A stretch of 64,000 bases of DNA. Source: Batkoa obscura. Its lineage: Eukaryota. The notes beneath the pieces were generated by a model. That model saw nothing but the letters and a program-made list of their open reading frames with translations, was not told where the DNA came from and did not search any database. How positions within the stretch are numbered: position 1 is the stretch's first letter; the number at the start of each line of letters is the position of its first letter. Below, in pieces: positions 13,273-28,439 of the stretch. The DNA lies in NCBI GenBank assembly GCA_030770535.1, contig JASVEC010000003.1, positions 1,302,001 through 1,366,000 on the forward strand, given 5' to 3'. Made by a program: the position numbers and the translations under genes.

Positions 13273-14440
13273 TTTTGAAAAGGAAATGTAAATGTCCTTG
13301 TTAGCTTTAAATTGCTTTATGATTATTTTAATTAAACAAGTTTTTAAACACGTTTAATTATTTCATCTTGCCAAATAAAATCTTATTATTTTATATTAAA
13401 TGATAAGTTTTATATTGCTTTATACACTCATATCAGCAAATTTAATAATATAATAATGCTTATCTACGATTTATAGGTAAATTGCTTAAGCAGTCTTACT
13501 TTTATTTTTGTAATAGCCCAGATAGTATCAAATAAACAAATTTTCTATATAATGCAAATAAATCTCGAATTAAAAGCTAATTAGTAAACTATGCTATTAT
13601 ATTAGATAAATTTTGATAAAGATATGTGGGAAAGCCTCCTTTTACTTCATGATTTTTCCATTTCTATATTGTATAGAGTTTGAAAAAAATATTATTGAAG
13701 TACCAGAACAAAAAACACATCCCCATATTCAGTTTAAAATTAAACTAAAATGTTACTGCTATGCAAAGGCAAACTTTTCTATGAGGATTCGATTGTATGA
13801 TAGAGGCTCTGATAGAAATAAAGTGGCTTTAAAATAAGTAGCTTTTAAACTAAAGATCACTATACTTCATGTTTTTATTCTTAATAAAATAAAAATAAGG
13901 TGTTGTTAATTATAATTAATCTATTTTTTTATACTTGAGGATTTTATTAATTATTCAAAGGTGGAATTGCTATTTTTAGACTTTTTAATCTTCATGAATT
14001 TTTAAAATATGAATATTGCAACTCTATTGTGATATAATTAATTGCATATTTAAAATAAAAAGTTATGCTGAAAATCACTAAAATATATAAACACGGTTTA
14101 AAGAATCCAAATAAACAAATAACTGGCATTAAAATTACCGCTAATTAAGTCTCAATAAAGTTGCAACACTGTAAACTACCACAAAATCATCATCAAACTC
14201 AACTCAATTTAAAATTCAGCCTACTAAACAGCTACAAATAACTTTAAAAAGAAAACCAAAGAACCAAATTTACCTTAGCCAATCAACTTAGAAGGAATGG
14301 CTAGCTTAACTGGTTCTAATAGAAATTTAAATTTTATAAATTAAGGATACCAAGCCTAAATTTAAAAATAAGTCCAACTTCAAAAAATCGATTATTTAAT
14401 TTTATTCGAATAACAGCATTTTAAAAAGGGGAAGAAAATA

Positions 14441-17400
14441 ATGAATCCAACAAGCAACCCAATACCAGCCACTGCTACAACCCCAAAGCGTGTGTGTAAG
14501 GGCTGTAATTTGGCTATTGGACATTGTTCTATTGTACAGTTTGGTAACGGGATATGGCACTTAAACTGGTAAGTGGCACTTTTTAAAATTTTGAATTTAT
14601 TTTTTTAAAATTTTATAAAATATTTATATTTCACTTACTAATTATAAAAATATAGTTTTCGATGTGTCAAATGTTCAAGGAGTATAGAACCAGATGACAA
14701 CTTATTATTATTAGCGGACGGTTCACCCTTATGTTCCAATTGTTCTCAGCATTGCTGTGTTTGTAAATTGCCCATCTATGACGAGGCAGTTATGACTGGT
14801 AAATTTACTAAAATGAATTTTTGATTTATATAGTATTTACATTGATTTATATTTATTAAATTTAGCTGACCAATGTTATCATGGAGACTGTTTTCGGTGC
14901 TCTAAATGTAATAGTAAAATTGATGGCTCGTTATTTGCGAGGACGAGCAATGTAATTATAATGTTTATTAATAAAAGTCCAAGTTTAATGATTTATTTTA
15001 TTAGGGAATATTTTGTATGTCTTGTTACGCAGAGCGGAAAGAGCAACAAAAGAAAAAAGGAATACTAAATGGGGTTAAAAATCAGGCTAAAAATAGTAAG
15101 GAAAAATCTTTACCCTCCATTCCAGTAGAAGCTTTATTCGTAATTTTAAAATCAACTTTTTTGATAGTATAAATTTATCTTTTTTATTAGAATATTGCTA
15201 GCCCTGAGCCTTATAGTCCTACAATAACTTATCCTGAAACTACACCTGGATTACCTAAAAACAGTGGTAAAAGAAGCAGTTTTACTAAAGAAAAAGTCGA
15301 TAATAATAACAATTCAAATAATCTTAACAATCGTTCACTTGATAGTCCATTTTTACCTCCTGATACTAATAACCCAGAAACTAATCTAACTAGAAGACCT
15401 ACCAATGCATCATTAAATTCTTCTTCTTCAATTGAACAATCTTATTCTTCATTTTATGTCGAAGGTCTACTTTCTGATATTAAAAATTTACAAACTCAAT
15501 TAGCAGACTCGGAGTTTAATTATTCAAAGTTAAAAGTAAGCATGATTTAGTATAGTAATTAACTCAAATAAAATATTAATCGTAATCACTAAATTATATA
15601 GCTACATAGTGATCAAGTGAATGAAAGGATCAAAGTATTTCAAGAAGAGTTTACGATTGAAATTAATCGACGTAAAACAGCAGAAGCAAATTTACAAAGG
15701 ATACAAATGGAACATGAAAATGCCAATAGTACTGTGGCCCAATTAAGTTTAAAAATTTCAACACTTGAGAGTAAATGTACCAAATTAGAAAAAGAGATTA
15801 CGCGTTTAGAAAAGAAAAAACAAAGTTTAACTAATGAAATGAATATTGTTAGCAACCCTAAACTTAACCGATTTAATACTTTACATAAGAGTAATAGGTA
15901 ATAGCAATCCCATTGTTATATAATTGTTATATAATTAATCAATTTGTTTAGTTCTTCAAGTTTAAGGGATCTAAATATGAATAACCTAGGGCTATCTCAT
16001 TCTGATTCATTAGAAAATATGTCAATTAAAAAGGATAAATCAAGTGAACCAATTGAGATTAGGCCGGGGAATATTGAAGATAAAAGGAAATTAAATAATA
16101 ATACTAATAACATAAATCATCTGACTATCAACAATAATGAGGACAATTTTAAAAGCAGAGTGACATCTGTACGACGATCTTTAGATGTAAGAAGTATCGA
16201 TAAAATGAAAGGAATAAGTAAAAGAGCATCCATGGATGAATTATCTATCTTAGAAATTCAATCCCCTTCAAGTAGTCCAACTAAGAATCTATTATCTACT
16301 TCCCCTAGTTTACTAGAATCTACTTTGCCCAATAGTCGTTTGGATAAAAACAAAGATAAAAAATTTAATTGGAGAAATGCGTTTAGAATCAATCAATCAA
16401 AACAAGAAGCCCTCAATAATAGTGAAAGTATCAAAGGTAAATTGAGAGTTAAAATATCAGGTTAAAAAATAATGAAAATTTTAGCTTCTATTTCCATTCC
16501 AATAAGTGTGTCAGATAGCTCCAAAGGTAATTAATAGTTCATTATATTAAATATTAACATTTAATGTTAATTAAAGGGAGCCCAGTTAGTACACCAGGAC
16601 AAATGGATTTAAGAGAGATATTGAGTGATCACAATGTTTTCGAGAACAAAAATACGGGACATCAATTTGTAAATCATAATTATTTAAGGCCTATTAAATG
16701 TGATCATTGTAAGGAAAAAATGTGGGGTATTCAAGCTAAAGAATTGAGGTGTTCAAGTAAAATTTATCATTGTTATTATTAGAGGTCAAATTAAATTATC
16801 TTTAGTATGCGGCTATCATAGTCATTCCAAATGTGTTAAAAATATCAGCGCCGTTTGTCCAGGACCAAATAAAGGAATCGAGAATGAAAATGAACTTGCA
16901 AGTAAAAGTAATAGTAGTATTAACGAAAAGGAAAACAATAAACAAAATAGCGGTAAGTATAGCAATACAATAATACAATAATACAATTTATTTACTTTAC
17001 TAAATTTAGAACCCTGTACTATTTTTGGAGTTGAGTTGGAAACTCAAGTGGAAATTGAATCACCAAGATCTGTCCCTTTAATTGTTGAGCAATGTGTAAC
17101 AGCAGTAGAAGCCAGAGGTAATTAAAAAATGATAATCAAAAAACTTTGGCTAAGTTTAAATAGGGATGGAATTAGAAGGAATTTATCGAAAATCAGGGCC
17201 ACAGAGCAATATGAAAGCGTTACGTAAACAGTTAACACAGAAAGAAGATGGCCAATCACCAATAACTAATTTAGAAGAATTCCAAGATATCACGATTATT
17301 ACTTCAGTATTAAAGCAATATTTTAGAGAATTACCACAACCTTTATTTACGTATAAATACCATAATTCATGGATTGAAGTCCATGAACGTATTGAAGAAG

Positions 17401-17666
17401 AAAAAGCGGATGCTTATGCTAATGTATTAAATTCTTTACCAAATGTTTATAAGGATACCTTGATCTATTTCATGGACCATTTATATAAAGTTTATTGTAA
17501 AAGAGAAGTTAATTTAATGAGTAGTAAAAATTTGGGCGTGGTATTTGGACCAACATTAATGAGGAATTTAGATGAAAGAATGGATTTCGATCAGATGGCT
17601 TTAAAGAATGGAACTATTGATAATTTAATTCAATTATGGCCTGACATTAAGTTAAGTTTGGAATAA
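14441..17666 (+). CDS. Rho GTPase-activating protein with two LIM domains, coiled coil, C1 domain and RhoGAP domain (Rga1/Rga3-type)
   Basis: CKGC..WHLNCFRCVKC and CCVC..YHGDCFRCSKC (LIMs); HQF..CDHC..RC..CGYHSHSKC (C1); EGIYRKSG, VLKQYFRELP, NLMSSKNLGVVFGPTL (RhoGAP). Confidence 0.92.
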
Positions 17667-18433
17667 ATCAAGTTCGAGTTTTGTGGGCTTAAAAATAGTC
17701 ATTTACTTGGTTTGAAACTTAAATCAAAAGTAATGAAATTAAAAAATTACCCTCTTTTATATGCTGGTTCGTTAATTGCATTTTGTGCTTCTTAAGTATA
17801 AATTCTGGTTAGTAACTTTTGTTTAACTTTTAAAAAAATGGCATTCCCTCTGTCCCTTCCCTTCACCTACTCCTCTCTCTTAATCCTATCCATAGTCTCT
17901 CTTCCTTCCCATCTTTACCCTTTTATTACTTATTAATATTAATTTTATATTCTAATGTATTTAATCTCTTTTTTTTGTACTTTATTGTTTCATTTTGTAT
18001 TGAGTTAGATAAATTAAGGACTTCAAATATAGTTTTTTTAACTTATACAGGATAATTTATTTAAGTGAGATTATGAGATATTTTAATTAGAGAATGTAAT
18101 ACTTTTTGAAGGAATTTTATCATTTCAAGGAATGAGTCTTGTGATGTTTATTCTAAGAAAACTAATTTTATATTTATAACTATGTGGGACCATTCTCCTT
18201 GTTTCATTGATTTGTCCATTTCTTATGCAACATAAAATTTAAAATTTTATTTGGTAAAAGCTGAAATAAAAAATGTTCATATATTAAATTCAATAAATAT
18301 CAAAAATGCAGTTAAAAAAGTGATTGAACAAAAATACAGTTTATTAAATATATATAACTAAATAATACATCCTATACCCTCAATTTTCAATGAGATAATA
18401 GATCAGTAGTGTTTCCTCTCTTTGCTTTATGGC

Positions 18434-19345
18434 TTAAAACCCTGAAGTAGTTAAAATCAATTTAACTATATTAAAAAGCTTAAGACCTTCCAAAGATAAC
18501 TTAACGTTCATAATATTATTTAACATTTGGTTGATTTTAACTTTATAAGGTAAAATGGGGTGACTTGAATTTAAAAAATAAATAACAGCGTAAATCATGG
18601 AATATAATAATAAATGAATGACTAAAGTGGCAGGTTGAGTTAGGATAATAGTAGGGTTAGTGATTTTATCAAATAATTCTTTGGTCTTTTCTTTAGTTAT
18701 TAAACTATTTAGCCTTGGACTCGGTATTAAAAAGTACTTAAAAATTAGGTTAGAACTCAATAGTGATGTTGATTCCATTGCATTATTGTTTTTGATAGCA
18801 TTCCACTCGTCTTCTACTTCAAGATCAAACTCGGCATCAAATGAAAATTCTTTAGAGATACTATTATTATTAACATTATAGTTGTATAATATCAATTCGC
18901 TATTATTTAATTCCTTCATTATTTCAATTGTATTAAAGATGGAATTTGATAAACCAGATTCTTTTTCAATAGGATTATTATTATGGCCGTGTTTTTTATG
19001 CTCTGTTATAAGCCACTTTTTATTTGATCGAGGTCCAAAATACCATTTTTCCTGGCTTTTTAACTTGTTAGTTGTACTGGATTCAACTAAAATCTGTTGA
19101 CTATCAGTCGATCTCAAATAATTTCTATTTTCAAATATATATGTCAGTTCCAATTCCTCTTTCTTTTTATCAAGTTTCACCTCTTCGTTATTTACTTTAT
19201 TCATACACTTCACTTTATTTTTGTCCATTTTTGAAGTGTATAAATAATCAATATTTTTATTATCATAATTTATAAACTCCCACTTTTTAACCTTGGAATG
19301 TCTTTTACTTTTAATTTCTCTCGTCGTTTGTTCCTTCATGGTCAT
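18434..19345 (-). CDS. Hypothetical 303-aa protein with one C-terminal hydrophobic segment
   Basis: 912-nt uninterrupted ORF in very AT-rich DNA. Hydrophobic stretch ATLVIHLLLYSMIYAVIYFL. No family recognised. Confidence 0.6.
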   Translation of the reverse strand: MTMKEQTTREIKSKRHSKVKKWEFINYDNKNIDYLYTSKMDKNKVKCMNKVNNEEVKLDKKKEELELTYIFENRNYLRSTDSQQILVESSTTNKLKSQEKWYFGPRSNKKWLITEHKKHGHNNNPIEKESGLSNSIFNTIEIMKELNNSELILYNYNVNNNSISKEFSFDAEFDLEVEDEWNAIKNNNAMESTSLLSSNLIFKYFLIPSPRLNSLITKEKTKELFDKITNPTIILTQPATLVIHLLLYSMIYAVIYFLNSSHPILPYKVKINQMLNNIMNVKLSLEGLKLFNIVKLILTTSGF

Positions 19346-20585
19346 TGTTCTATTATTTTTTATTAGTGTATAATTTATAGTATCTCCGATAACTATGACA
19401 CTTTCTTTTATAAATATTTAATGAATCTTCCGGTTATTATATACTTTTTCAAGCCTCTTTTCATAACTATCAATTAACTATTAAATCTATTTTTATTATA
19501 ATTTTTCTTGGATTACCAAATATGGTATTTTTTTATTTTTTATAAAAGTTTGGAATAGACTATTACTCAAATCACCGCTCTATTTTTCAATGATTAAGCT
19601 TGTTCTGATAAAATCTAAGTTAAACTTCTTTACAGGTTAAATTGTTCAGTTTTTGTCTATTTATGTTTTGAATTAACTTTTGCCTCTTGATTTTTTTGGG
19701 TTCCTGAAAAATTAAAATTGACTCAGGATCTTGTTATGCTAAAAATGGTTATTTGATTAAAAGAGTGAAAATTAAATTAGCTTATGTTTATTTATAAATA
19801 TAAATAATTTATACTTTATTGTTAGAGTTCAGTGAACTGTTTATGATGAAGCTTCATCTTAAACCCTCAGTTATTAAATTGTTACTTATAATTTTATAGT
19901 ACTTCCAGAGTTTGTTCAAGCGCCTTAAAAAATTTACATACTTATTCATACTTTAATATAAGGACCATTTTGTTGTTTTTATTATATAATGAAAAGTGAA
20001 TAAGTATCTAAAAATTTAAAGTCATTAGAACAAATTCTGCAACTAAACTATAAAATGTTAGTAAGTATTAGTTACAATGGTAAAAAAGAGTATAGTTTAT
20101 TTTGTATTACTGTTCTATTATAAGTTGATAGCTGTTTAAGGTATGCAACAATTTAAGTGTCCTAGCTTTTGACTTTTAAATTCAAATTAATAGTAGAACA
20201 CTATACTAAAGTAATATAATAACTAATAATTAATAATAAACAACTTATAAACGGATAAAATGATGACTTAAGCTATAACTTTGAAGTAGAGTACTATAAG
20301 TCCAAATCATGATATATTCTTAACTTTAAAGCTAATAAAATTTATATAATCCAAAAGTACGAAATGAAAAATATTAAAAAGCGAATAGAGGAATAATAAA
20401 GCTTGAAAGAGTGGAGTATATTAGTAAAGCTTAAAAAATAAGGAGATAAAAGCATAACCCCAATTCTGTAAAAAATGATAATAATAACCAATAGTTTAAA
20501 AGTTCCACTATTTAAACAGTATAATAGTATGTGTTTTTTCTTGTCTAAATGGACTAAATTTTATCTTATTAAAATTATCACTCAA

Positions 20586-21284
<699 letters not shown>

Positions 21285-22537
21285 GATAAATAAATAGAAG
21301 ATTGAGACTGGATAATAGTATTAATTGATATTAGGTAAACAAAAAAGTAAAAGTTTTTAAAAAGTTTAAAGTTTAAAAACTGTTTGAATATTTAAGTGGT
21401 AAAAAATAATTCTTGATGTTTTTTTGCTCTTAGTTTCAACCCAAACAACATGACTTTATATTGGATTTAGGGGCTTATCTCAAAAGGAGTTGATTGGGGA
21501 GGCACGATTTCTTGCTTGTCCAATAGCATTTGTTGTCTTAATTCGACCGTTAGCCAATGAAAGTCACTATATTCTCACTAGAACCAATAAACTAAGATTT
21601 CAACCCCATTCTGACCTATTTATGAGCGGTAAATGACAACGTCATTTGAACTTTGTCTTCCAATCATTTTCTATCAAATATGGCCTTTTGAATGATTCTA
21701 CAATTGCTTACTTCAAATTACTAATATAGTAAGCTTTAGTGAATGTCTTTCTGTTATTCTATGCCTAAAGTGCATTTTTTAACGAATGTTATGTTGTAGA
21801 AATAAAAACTACGTTTATAAAAGGTTAACTTTAAATTAAATGGTCCGGACATTCTGTTCATTAACATTTTGTAACTGAATGGGTTGAGCCATGTTTATAT
21901 GTAAGAAGTTGTCTCTTAAATATCGCTAAATGTAAAAATAAAGATTTAAAGAGCTCGGCTTTTAACAATCGAAATACTTTTTGTGGCTACTTTTTATGCT
22001 TAAGTTGTCTTTTAGAAAAAAAATTATTGGCTAAAAAAATTCAAAGTTGTTTAGTTTAAAACACAGAACAAATTAATTATGTTTGCTCCTAGTTTTTAAA
22101 AATTAGGATAGAACCAAATTGAGCACTTCTTTGAACTATTTTTTATTTATCATGTTTAGTTTTATTACCTTTTTCATATAGACCCACAATTACTTCGGGG
22201 TATCAACAGATAAAGTTAAAAATTAATTTAAATGCTAAAATGGAAAATTAACAAAAACTCAAGTATTTTTGTGTAAAAGTATCTAACGTTTATTTATCAA
22301 TTTAAGTTATCTAATAGATGTGTTATTTTAAATGACCAGAATAAAAAATGACATTGATTTTAAAGAAACAATTGACATATAAAAAATATTACAAACTAAT
22401 GATAATGTTTATAATATACTTACACCCTCTTAACGCGTGTAAAGGAACATATTAGATCCCCGCTTCAAAGCTGTAAAATTATTTTAAAGTTGGAAAGATG
22501 CAAATCTAAAGCTGAAAAAAAACAAATTGAAAAATAG

Positions 22538-22657
22538 TGTGGATTTGATGGAAAGTGTGAGGGCATAAAATATTTGCCCAATTGCTAGCAACTACGAAAA
22601 AATTGTAGTAATTGGTAAATACCCCGTGCCCTTACACTTTCCATTTCATCGTCTACA
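22538..22657. repeat. Imperfect ~120-nt inverted repeat (hairpin) in an intergenic region
   Basis: atggaaagtgtgagggca pairs with tgcccttacactttccat; tatttgcc/ggtaaata and caattgcta/tagtaattg extend the stem. Confidence 0.8.
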
Positions 22658-23099
22658 TTAGTTAAAAGTTAAATGAAATTTTAATAGATAAATAGCTACC
22701 CATTTAATCAAGGAAATGAAAATGAAAATAGTAGATAGTAGTTATGTTTTACGTAGTTTTCTTATATTTATTAGCTTAAATTATTTTACGTTTATTAATT
22801 AAAATTTTATTTTTCAAGTAATATTTTTTCAATTCTATATTTACACCTTTCCAACTTTCAGAATTGTTTTCTAGCCTTGAATGGGAATCCTATATAACGA
22901 AAATTCATTACGACATGTAACTAAACTACTACTACCTTGAATAGATCTTATACCAAGGAGGTTAGCAGTAGGTTTTAAAATCTGACTTTACATGGAAGTA
23001 CAGTTATGATCTTCAGTTTTTAAGCTACATAAAGACATTAAAATCCCTATATAAGAGTGAAGAATACAGACCAATTAAGATTAGAGTTATAAATTATAT

Positions 23100-23197
23100 G
23101 GGGACGTATTTTTTTATTTAAGAATTTTACTAACAATCTTTCCGCTCAAGTAGCGCTTAAAAAATGAAAAAAGTGACGAAACCAAAAAAACATACTC
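23100..23197 (+). mobile_element. ~95-bp MITE, copy 1
   Basis: GGGGACGTATTTTTT start, core aagaattttactaacaatctttccgctcaa. Flanks ATAT/ATGT. Confidence 0.85.
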
Positions 23198-23487
23198 ATG
23201 TTTTGTGTGAAATGATAATTATTTACCATTAGTAGCTGAATTTATTTCGATAATAGATTTTGGCAAAGTAATAACTTTGACTTAAATAAGATAAAATTAT
23301 TTTAGTAATATTTGTTATGTTAATAGTTAATAAAGAAGCTTTACATTGTTAAATATGGTCTAAAGCATTACATTATAGCAAAAAAAAATCATTTGGAGAA
23401 GCCATAACAGTCACCACAATCACATTTGTTTTCAATATTATAAAATTTAAGTATATAAGTATTAAATCGAATCAAGTTAATATAATT

Positions 23488-25240
23488 TTAGTTTAAACTT
23501 TCAAGAATTAACTTTAAGTTGGTGGGATAAAGTAAGTCAATGTGTCCGAACTTTAAAGTGTGGTTCTTTATATCGCTTGGCCAAACAACTCTAAATTGAT
23601 TCAATATGACTACTAAAAATATCTTTTGCTCTAGTAATGATAGATTAATTCCAAGACCTAAATAATGATAAACAAATAGATAATAAAATTAACGAACAAT
23701 GCTATCTTACATGATCTACTACCGGTTGAAAATGGAAGCCAAGATTTCAATTGACCCATAGTACAATCTTGAAATCTTTCAGGTATAAATTCCAATGGAT
23801 TTTTCCAGTGAGTCTCACTTCTCATTAAATGATAAAAGTGAGTTTGAAGGAGGGTATTAGGTGGTAGAAAATAATTTTGAAAAGTAACTGAAGATTTACT
23901 AATTCTTTCTAAATTGATAGCTAATGGCGGTAATAATCTTAAATTTTCTTTGATTACCATTTCTAAGTATGGTAATTTTTTTAATTCTTCTTCACTTATA
24001 TTATCTATATCTTTTATATTGCTTTGTATTTCTTTGCGTACTTTATCTTGGATTTCCTACAAATTTGTATGTAAATAATAATAATAAAATAATGATTATT
24101 TTACAGGGTAAATAGCTAAGTGGTATAACAATCCACTAAGGGACATAGAAGTTGTATCATGGCCAGCAACAAAAAGAATCTTAAAAGTCCACTAAAATAA
24201 TCGTGATGTTATTTTTAAAAGTAAATATATATTATAAATCATTTACCAGCATCTCTTTATAAGTTAGTCTGTAATCTTCAGGGACATTTTCTGAAGATGT
24301 ATTAACTAAAGCAGTAAGTGCGTCATTTTCTGGATCAATTTTGTTCCCGTCCAATAACCCTTTACGTTCAATTATATAACTCTCAATCATATCATCAAAC
24401 TCTTTAACTATTTTTAATTCATCAGGTCTAAAACGATCCAAAAATGGAAAAATAACATACAACGGTTTATTAACTATTATCATAGATTGAAGGTACAACT
24501 CAGCAGCCTTACTATGTTGCTCTTCTAATTCCTAAGATCAAATGTATTAGCTTACATTTCAATAGAAAAATAAATTAAACATACTTTAAAATCAATGTCA
24601 AACACTAGTTTTCCTAACATGTCTAAAGTCAACCTATAAAAATTAGTACTATTAACAATTTATACTATAAAATTTACTTTTCAGTTAAAATATGTGGGTT
24701 GATTTTCTCACTGCCATCTCTACTAATTTCTCGAACTTTATTACAAAACTTAATACATTGATCAACTAAAAGTTTAGCATCCCATTTTTTTTTAAAGAAT
24801 TGATTGATAGCACGACGATGTTTTCTCCAATCTTTACCATTAGAATAGACAATATTATCACCAAAGAATTCACCTACGATAGTGTTACCAATAACTTGAG
24901 TTAATAATTGTTTTTCAAACTTTTGACTATCATTTAATACAGTTTGTACATCTTCTTCTCGACTTAGATAAACGACCCATCTTCCGAATATCCATACCTA
25001 CTGCTTGTTAGCTACCTTGTCTTATATTTATATATTTAACATTACTATGCATATGCCTTCTTTTTCTAACAAATCTTTGTAGATCTCATATCTTCCTTCA
25101 AAGCTAAGAGTTTTTAAGATAGCAAGGAACGATCTGTAAAATGGTACCCTTGGCAAGTGACGCAATTGCTTTGGTGGCAATGTTAATTGATATAGCGCTC
25201 CAAGGATTACCAGAGTTATTAAAACTGAAATTAAAAACAT
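23488..25240 (-). CDS. Cytochrome P450, multi-exon
   Basis: N-terminal TM and PP motif, WRKHRR, FVAGHDTTS (I-helix), KENLR (ExxR), PERF, FSTGSRSCLG (heme Cys). Confidence 0.95.
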
Positions 25241-25976
25241 TTAAATTTTAAAAGAAAGATTAAGGAGCTGGCTCTATGTTTTCATATTTATATATTTATC
25301 TCACATAAGGCTGACTTTCTCAATCCTTTTATTTTTTCGATTTATATTATTCAAGTTTTTATCTTTTTGATTATCTGTTTACCCTTTTTTTCCAATTTTG
25401 TTTTTTTAACATTTTAATCCAAATATCAGAAACAGTAAAAACTGCGTTTTATGTGAAAATTTAATAATTAAGCTTGTAATGCAATTCTTTTAAATCAAAA
25501 AAGAGATAATAGTGTGGAATCCCCCGGCTTTAGCCTCAGGGTTGACACTTAAACAGTAATGCTCAATATCGTTATTTTAGTTTAAGTGTATGCTTATTAA
25601 TTGTTCATTGTAGAACAAGAAAACAAAAAATCAAGCTTAAAATCAGCTAACAACGCTATTTTAGTGACTTAAATTATCGCTATATAGTACACATTTAAAA
25701 TATAACAGTTACATATTAATAGTTGCTTTAAAATATAGACTTAAATTCAGTTCGATTTACTTTTTATGGCAAGTTTACCTACTTTCAATAAATTGGTTTA
25801 TAGTAAATAATAAAATTCCACAATATAAACCAACAATCAATTGAGAATTACATCAACTATAAAGACTTTGAGATCATTTAAATAAACCACACTATTCTGA
25901 ATATAAAAATTAAACCTTACAATTTGAGCATTTATATTTCTATTACTAATACCCCTATCAATGTCATTATAGTATA

Positions 25977-27255
25977 AAACGTATATTTAAAAAATGATAA
26001 GGTTATAACACTTTATAAATTACTACTTTAGTTTAGACCATTAAAAAAGTAATTGTAAATTAAGGCTAATTTTGTTTCTTTTCTCTCCGTTTTAATTTTT
26101 AACTTGACTAAAAACACTTACCTGTAAGAGTCCAAGATTTTGAAAAAAAAGATTATATTAAATTTAAATACATATGATATATAATAATAGTTTATTTTTT
26201 AAATATAGTTGACATTACAAGAAGCATTTTGTTGAAGTTGACAGAGATAACCACTACCAGATCTACTAATTTTAAAGGTATTGGCAGGACAGATAAGTCT
26301 GAGAGTAGATGCATTTTGTACTCCATTAATACCATAAATAGTAAGAGTATAGGTACCATCACCATTATTAATATAATTAATACTTGGAGAATAAATAGTA
26401 TAATAATTATCAACAGCTCCATAAAATTGATTAGCTCCATTCCATCCTGTAATACCACTATAATATGGATAACCATTGTAATATCCTCCATTTCCATAGT
26501 GACCTCGATTGTGATCACCAAATAATAAGTTGAATGTTGACTTTAAGACATGAGCAATTAAACCAAAAGTTCTTCCTTGAACATTACTCTTTTGAGTAGT
26601 ATCCAAAGTTGGTGTTATAGTTTCACCTGCTGGTGGAATACTAGGAGTTGATTGAGCTGCACCATTGGCGTAACCTAAAGCTACTAAAGGTAAAAGGAAG
26701 ACAGATGCGAATTTCATTGTTTATTTGTTTGTTTTGAATGTATTTTTTGATAATTTTTTTGTTCGTTATTTTCTTGTTTATATATATTTTTTATTTCTAG
26801 TATCGTTCATTACATTATACATAGCTTTAAAAGTAACCCTAATTGTAACATGAATTTTATTTTATTTTATTATAATAAAATAATACTCATAAAATAGGGC
26901 TTATCAATCATGAAAAAGCCCAAATTTCATTTAATGCTTTTGGTAAAAACTTCGGGCCTTTAATTGTTATTTGTTGCTTTCAAGTTTTAGCAAATCAACG
27001 CGATAAATTACTCTAGCATTTATAAATCGAAGATCAAATTCAAATGTTCTTTTATACAAATAAATATTATAGTTACCATGTTATCGTTTTATAATAATTT
27101 AAAACAAAACTATTCTAAATTAGTATAGCTTAGCATATTAGATTGCTATGTCTATCACTTTTAACTGCCCTTTCTTATTCTTTTGATTATGTATAGCTTA
27201 AAGTTTAGTTTTAATAAGTATATTTCAATTATTATCTACAAGTGTAAAAAGTAAA
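25977..27255 (-). repeat. Left arm of a 1279-bp inverted duplication
   Basis: Reverse complement of 29244-30522. Paired coordinates sum to 56499 at both ends and at both gene ends, so no net indels. Two mismatches seen near the outer end. Confidence 0.95.
26199..26717 (-). CDS. Secreted 172-aa protein (signal peptide, S/T/P pro-like region, Gly/Tyr/Asn-rich, 3 Cys), copy A
   Basis: MKFASVFLLPLVALGYANG signal peptide; intronless; TATATATA about 60-70 nt upstream; identical to 29782-30300. Confidence 0.85.
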   Translation of the reverse strand: MKFASVFLLPLVALGYANGAAQSTPSIPPAGETITPTLDTTQKSNVQGRTFGLIAHVLKSTFNLLFGDHNRGHYGNGGYYNGYPYYSGITGWNGANQFYGAVDNYYTIYSPSINYINNGDGTYTLTIYGINGVQNASTLRLICPANTFKISRSGSGYLCQLQQNASCNVNYI

Positions 27256-28340
27256 TATAAAGATTAGGTATATAGCTATGTATATTTATATTAAAATATC
27301 ATTACACTTTAAGTATGTTATATGTTGATCTTAAGATAGATATCTTATTACAAATACTATCACATTATAAAAAAAGCTATCAATATAAAAATGAAAATCT
27401 TATTTAGAAATTGATTTAAGGTTGATTTAATACAACATTTTAAATTAATAATTTATAGGAATTACAGTCACTTCAATTAGATTTTTTATAGTCATAACCA
27501 TTTATGGAACATATTAAATTAAGCTACTTTTCTAAAAACAAATCCAATAAGGTAAATAGGTCTCGAGTATTTTTACTATTGAGAAAATGTAATGAAATGA
27601 GGATTTAAAAGTTGAGAAGAAAGCAAAAAAAAAGAGATTATTCGATTGCTGAAAGCAAATTAAATTCAAAAGTTCCAGCCTCAAATACGATAAGACTGTA
27701 CTTTACACATACATGTTATGGCTTATACATACTTAATCCAATGTAATTAGTGTGGTCACAGCAGGATCTAAAATTGAAACACCATCAGTTAATGACATAT
27801 TATAATAAGAGCAGATGACATAAGAGTTGGTTGAAAAAACAAGGCTTAAGAAAAAAGTTAGAAAAAATTAAGTAACTTTATTATAGCTTTAATTCTTACT
27901 CGCTTCAAACAGTTTAATGCTATTAAATATAATATCAATAGCTTCTTTATTAAGTAATTTTCAAATAAATAAAATAAACAATTTTTATTTATTGCCACTT
28001 TATTATAATATATAAATATTAGACTAAAACTAAAACTAAAACTAAATTACATAAATAATTGTTATAATTATTTGATAAATAGTCTTAGATTTTAAGACAT
28101 TTATACGAACTATTTTTTGCTTTTTTTAAATAGTCAATAAATTTCATTTAACAAGATCTTGGATCTTGATATGAAGGTCATTGGCCTTTATGCAAAAAAC
28201 ATTGCGTAGGAACTAAGAATACTCACACTAATATCTTGCTCTTCATTTTGATTAAAAATATATGTGTATTTTTTAATTTCAATATTTCTTCTATCTAATT
28301 ACTATCACTTTATATTACTTCATTAATACTATCAACACAT

Positions 28341-28439
28341 GGGGATGTATTTTTTTGTTCAAGAATTTTACTAACAATCTTTCCGCTCAGATAGCACTTA
28401 AAAAATGGAAAAAGTAATGAAACAAAAAAAAACATCACC
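28341..28439 (+). mobile_element. MITE copy 2
   Basis: Same ~95-bp consensus. Flanks ACAT/ATAT. Confidence 0.85.

Noticed and set aside
13613..13837. 74-aa ORF and similar short TTG/GTG-start ORFs (34358, 46371)
   Set aside because: No motifs or splice context; compatible with chance ORFs.
26192..26525. Overlapping 109-aa and 98-aa ORFs (and mirror copies at 29974-30307)
   Set aside because: Alternative-frame and antisense shadows of the 172-aa gene.
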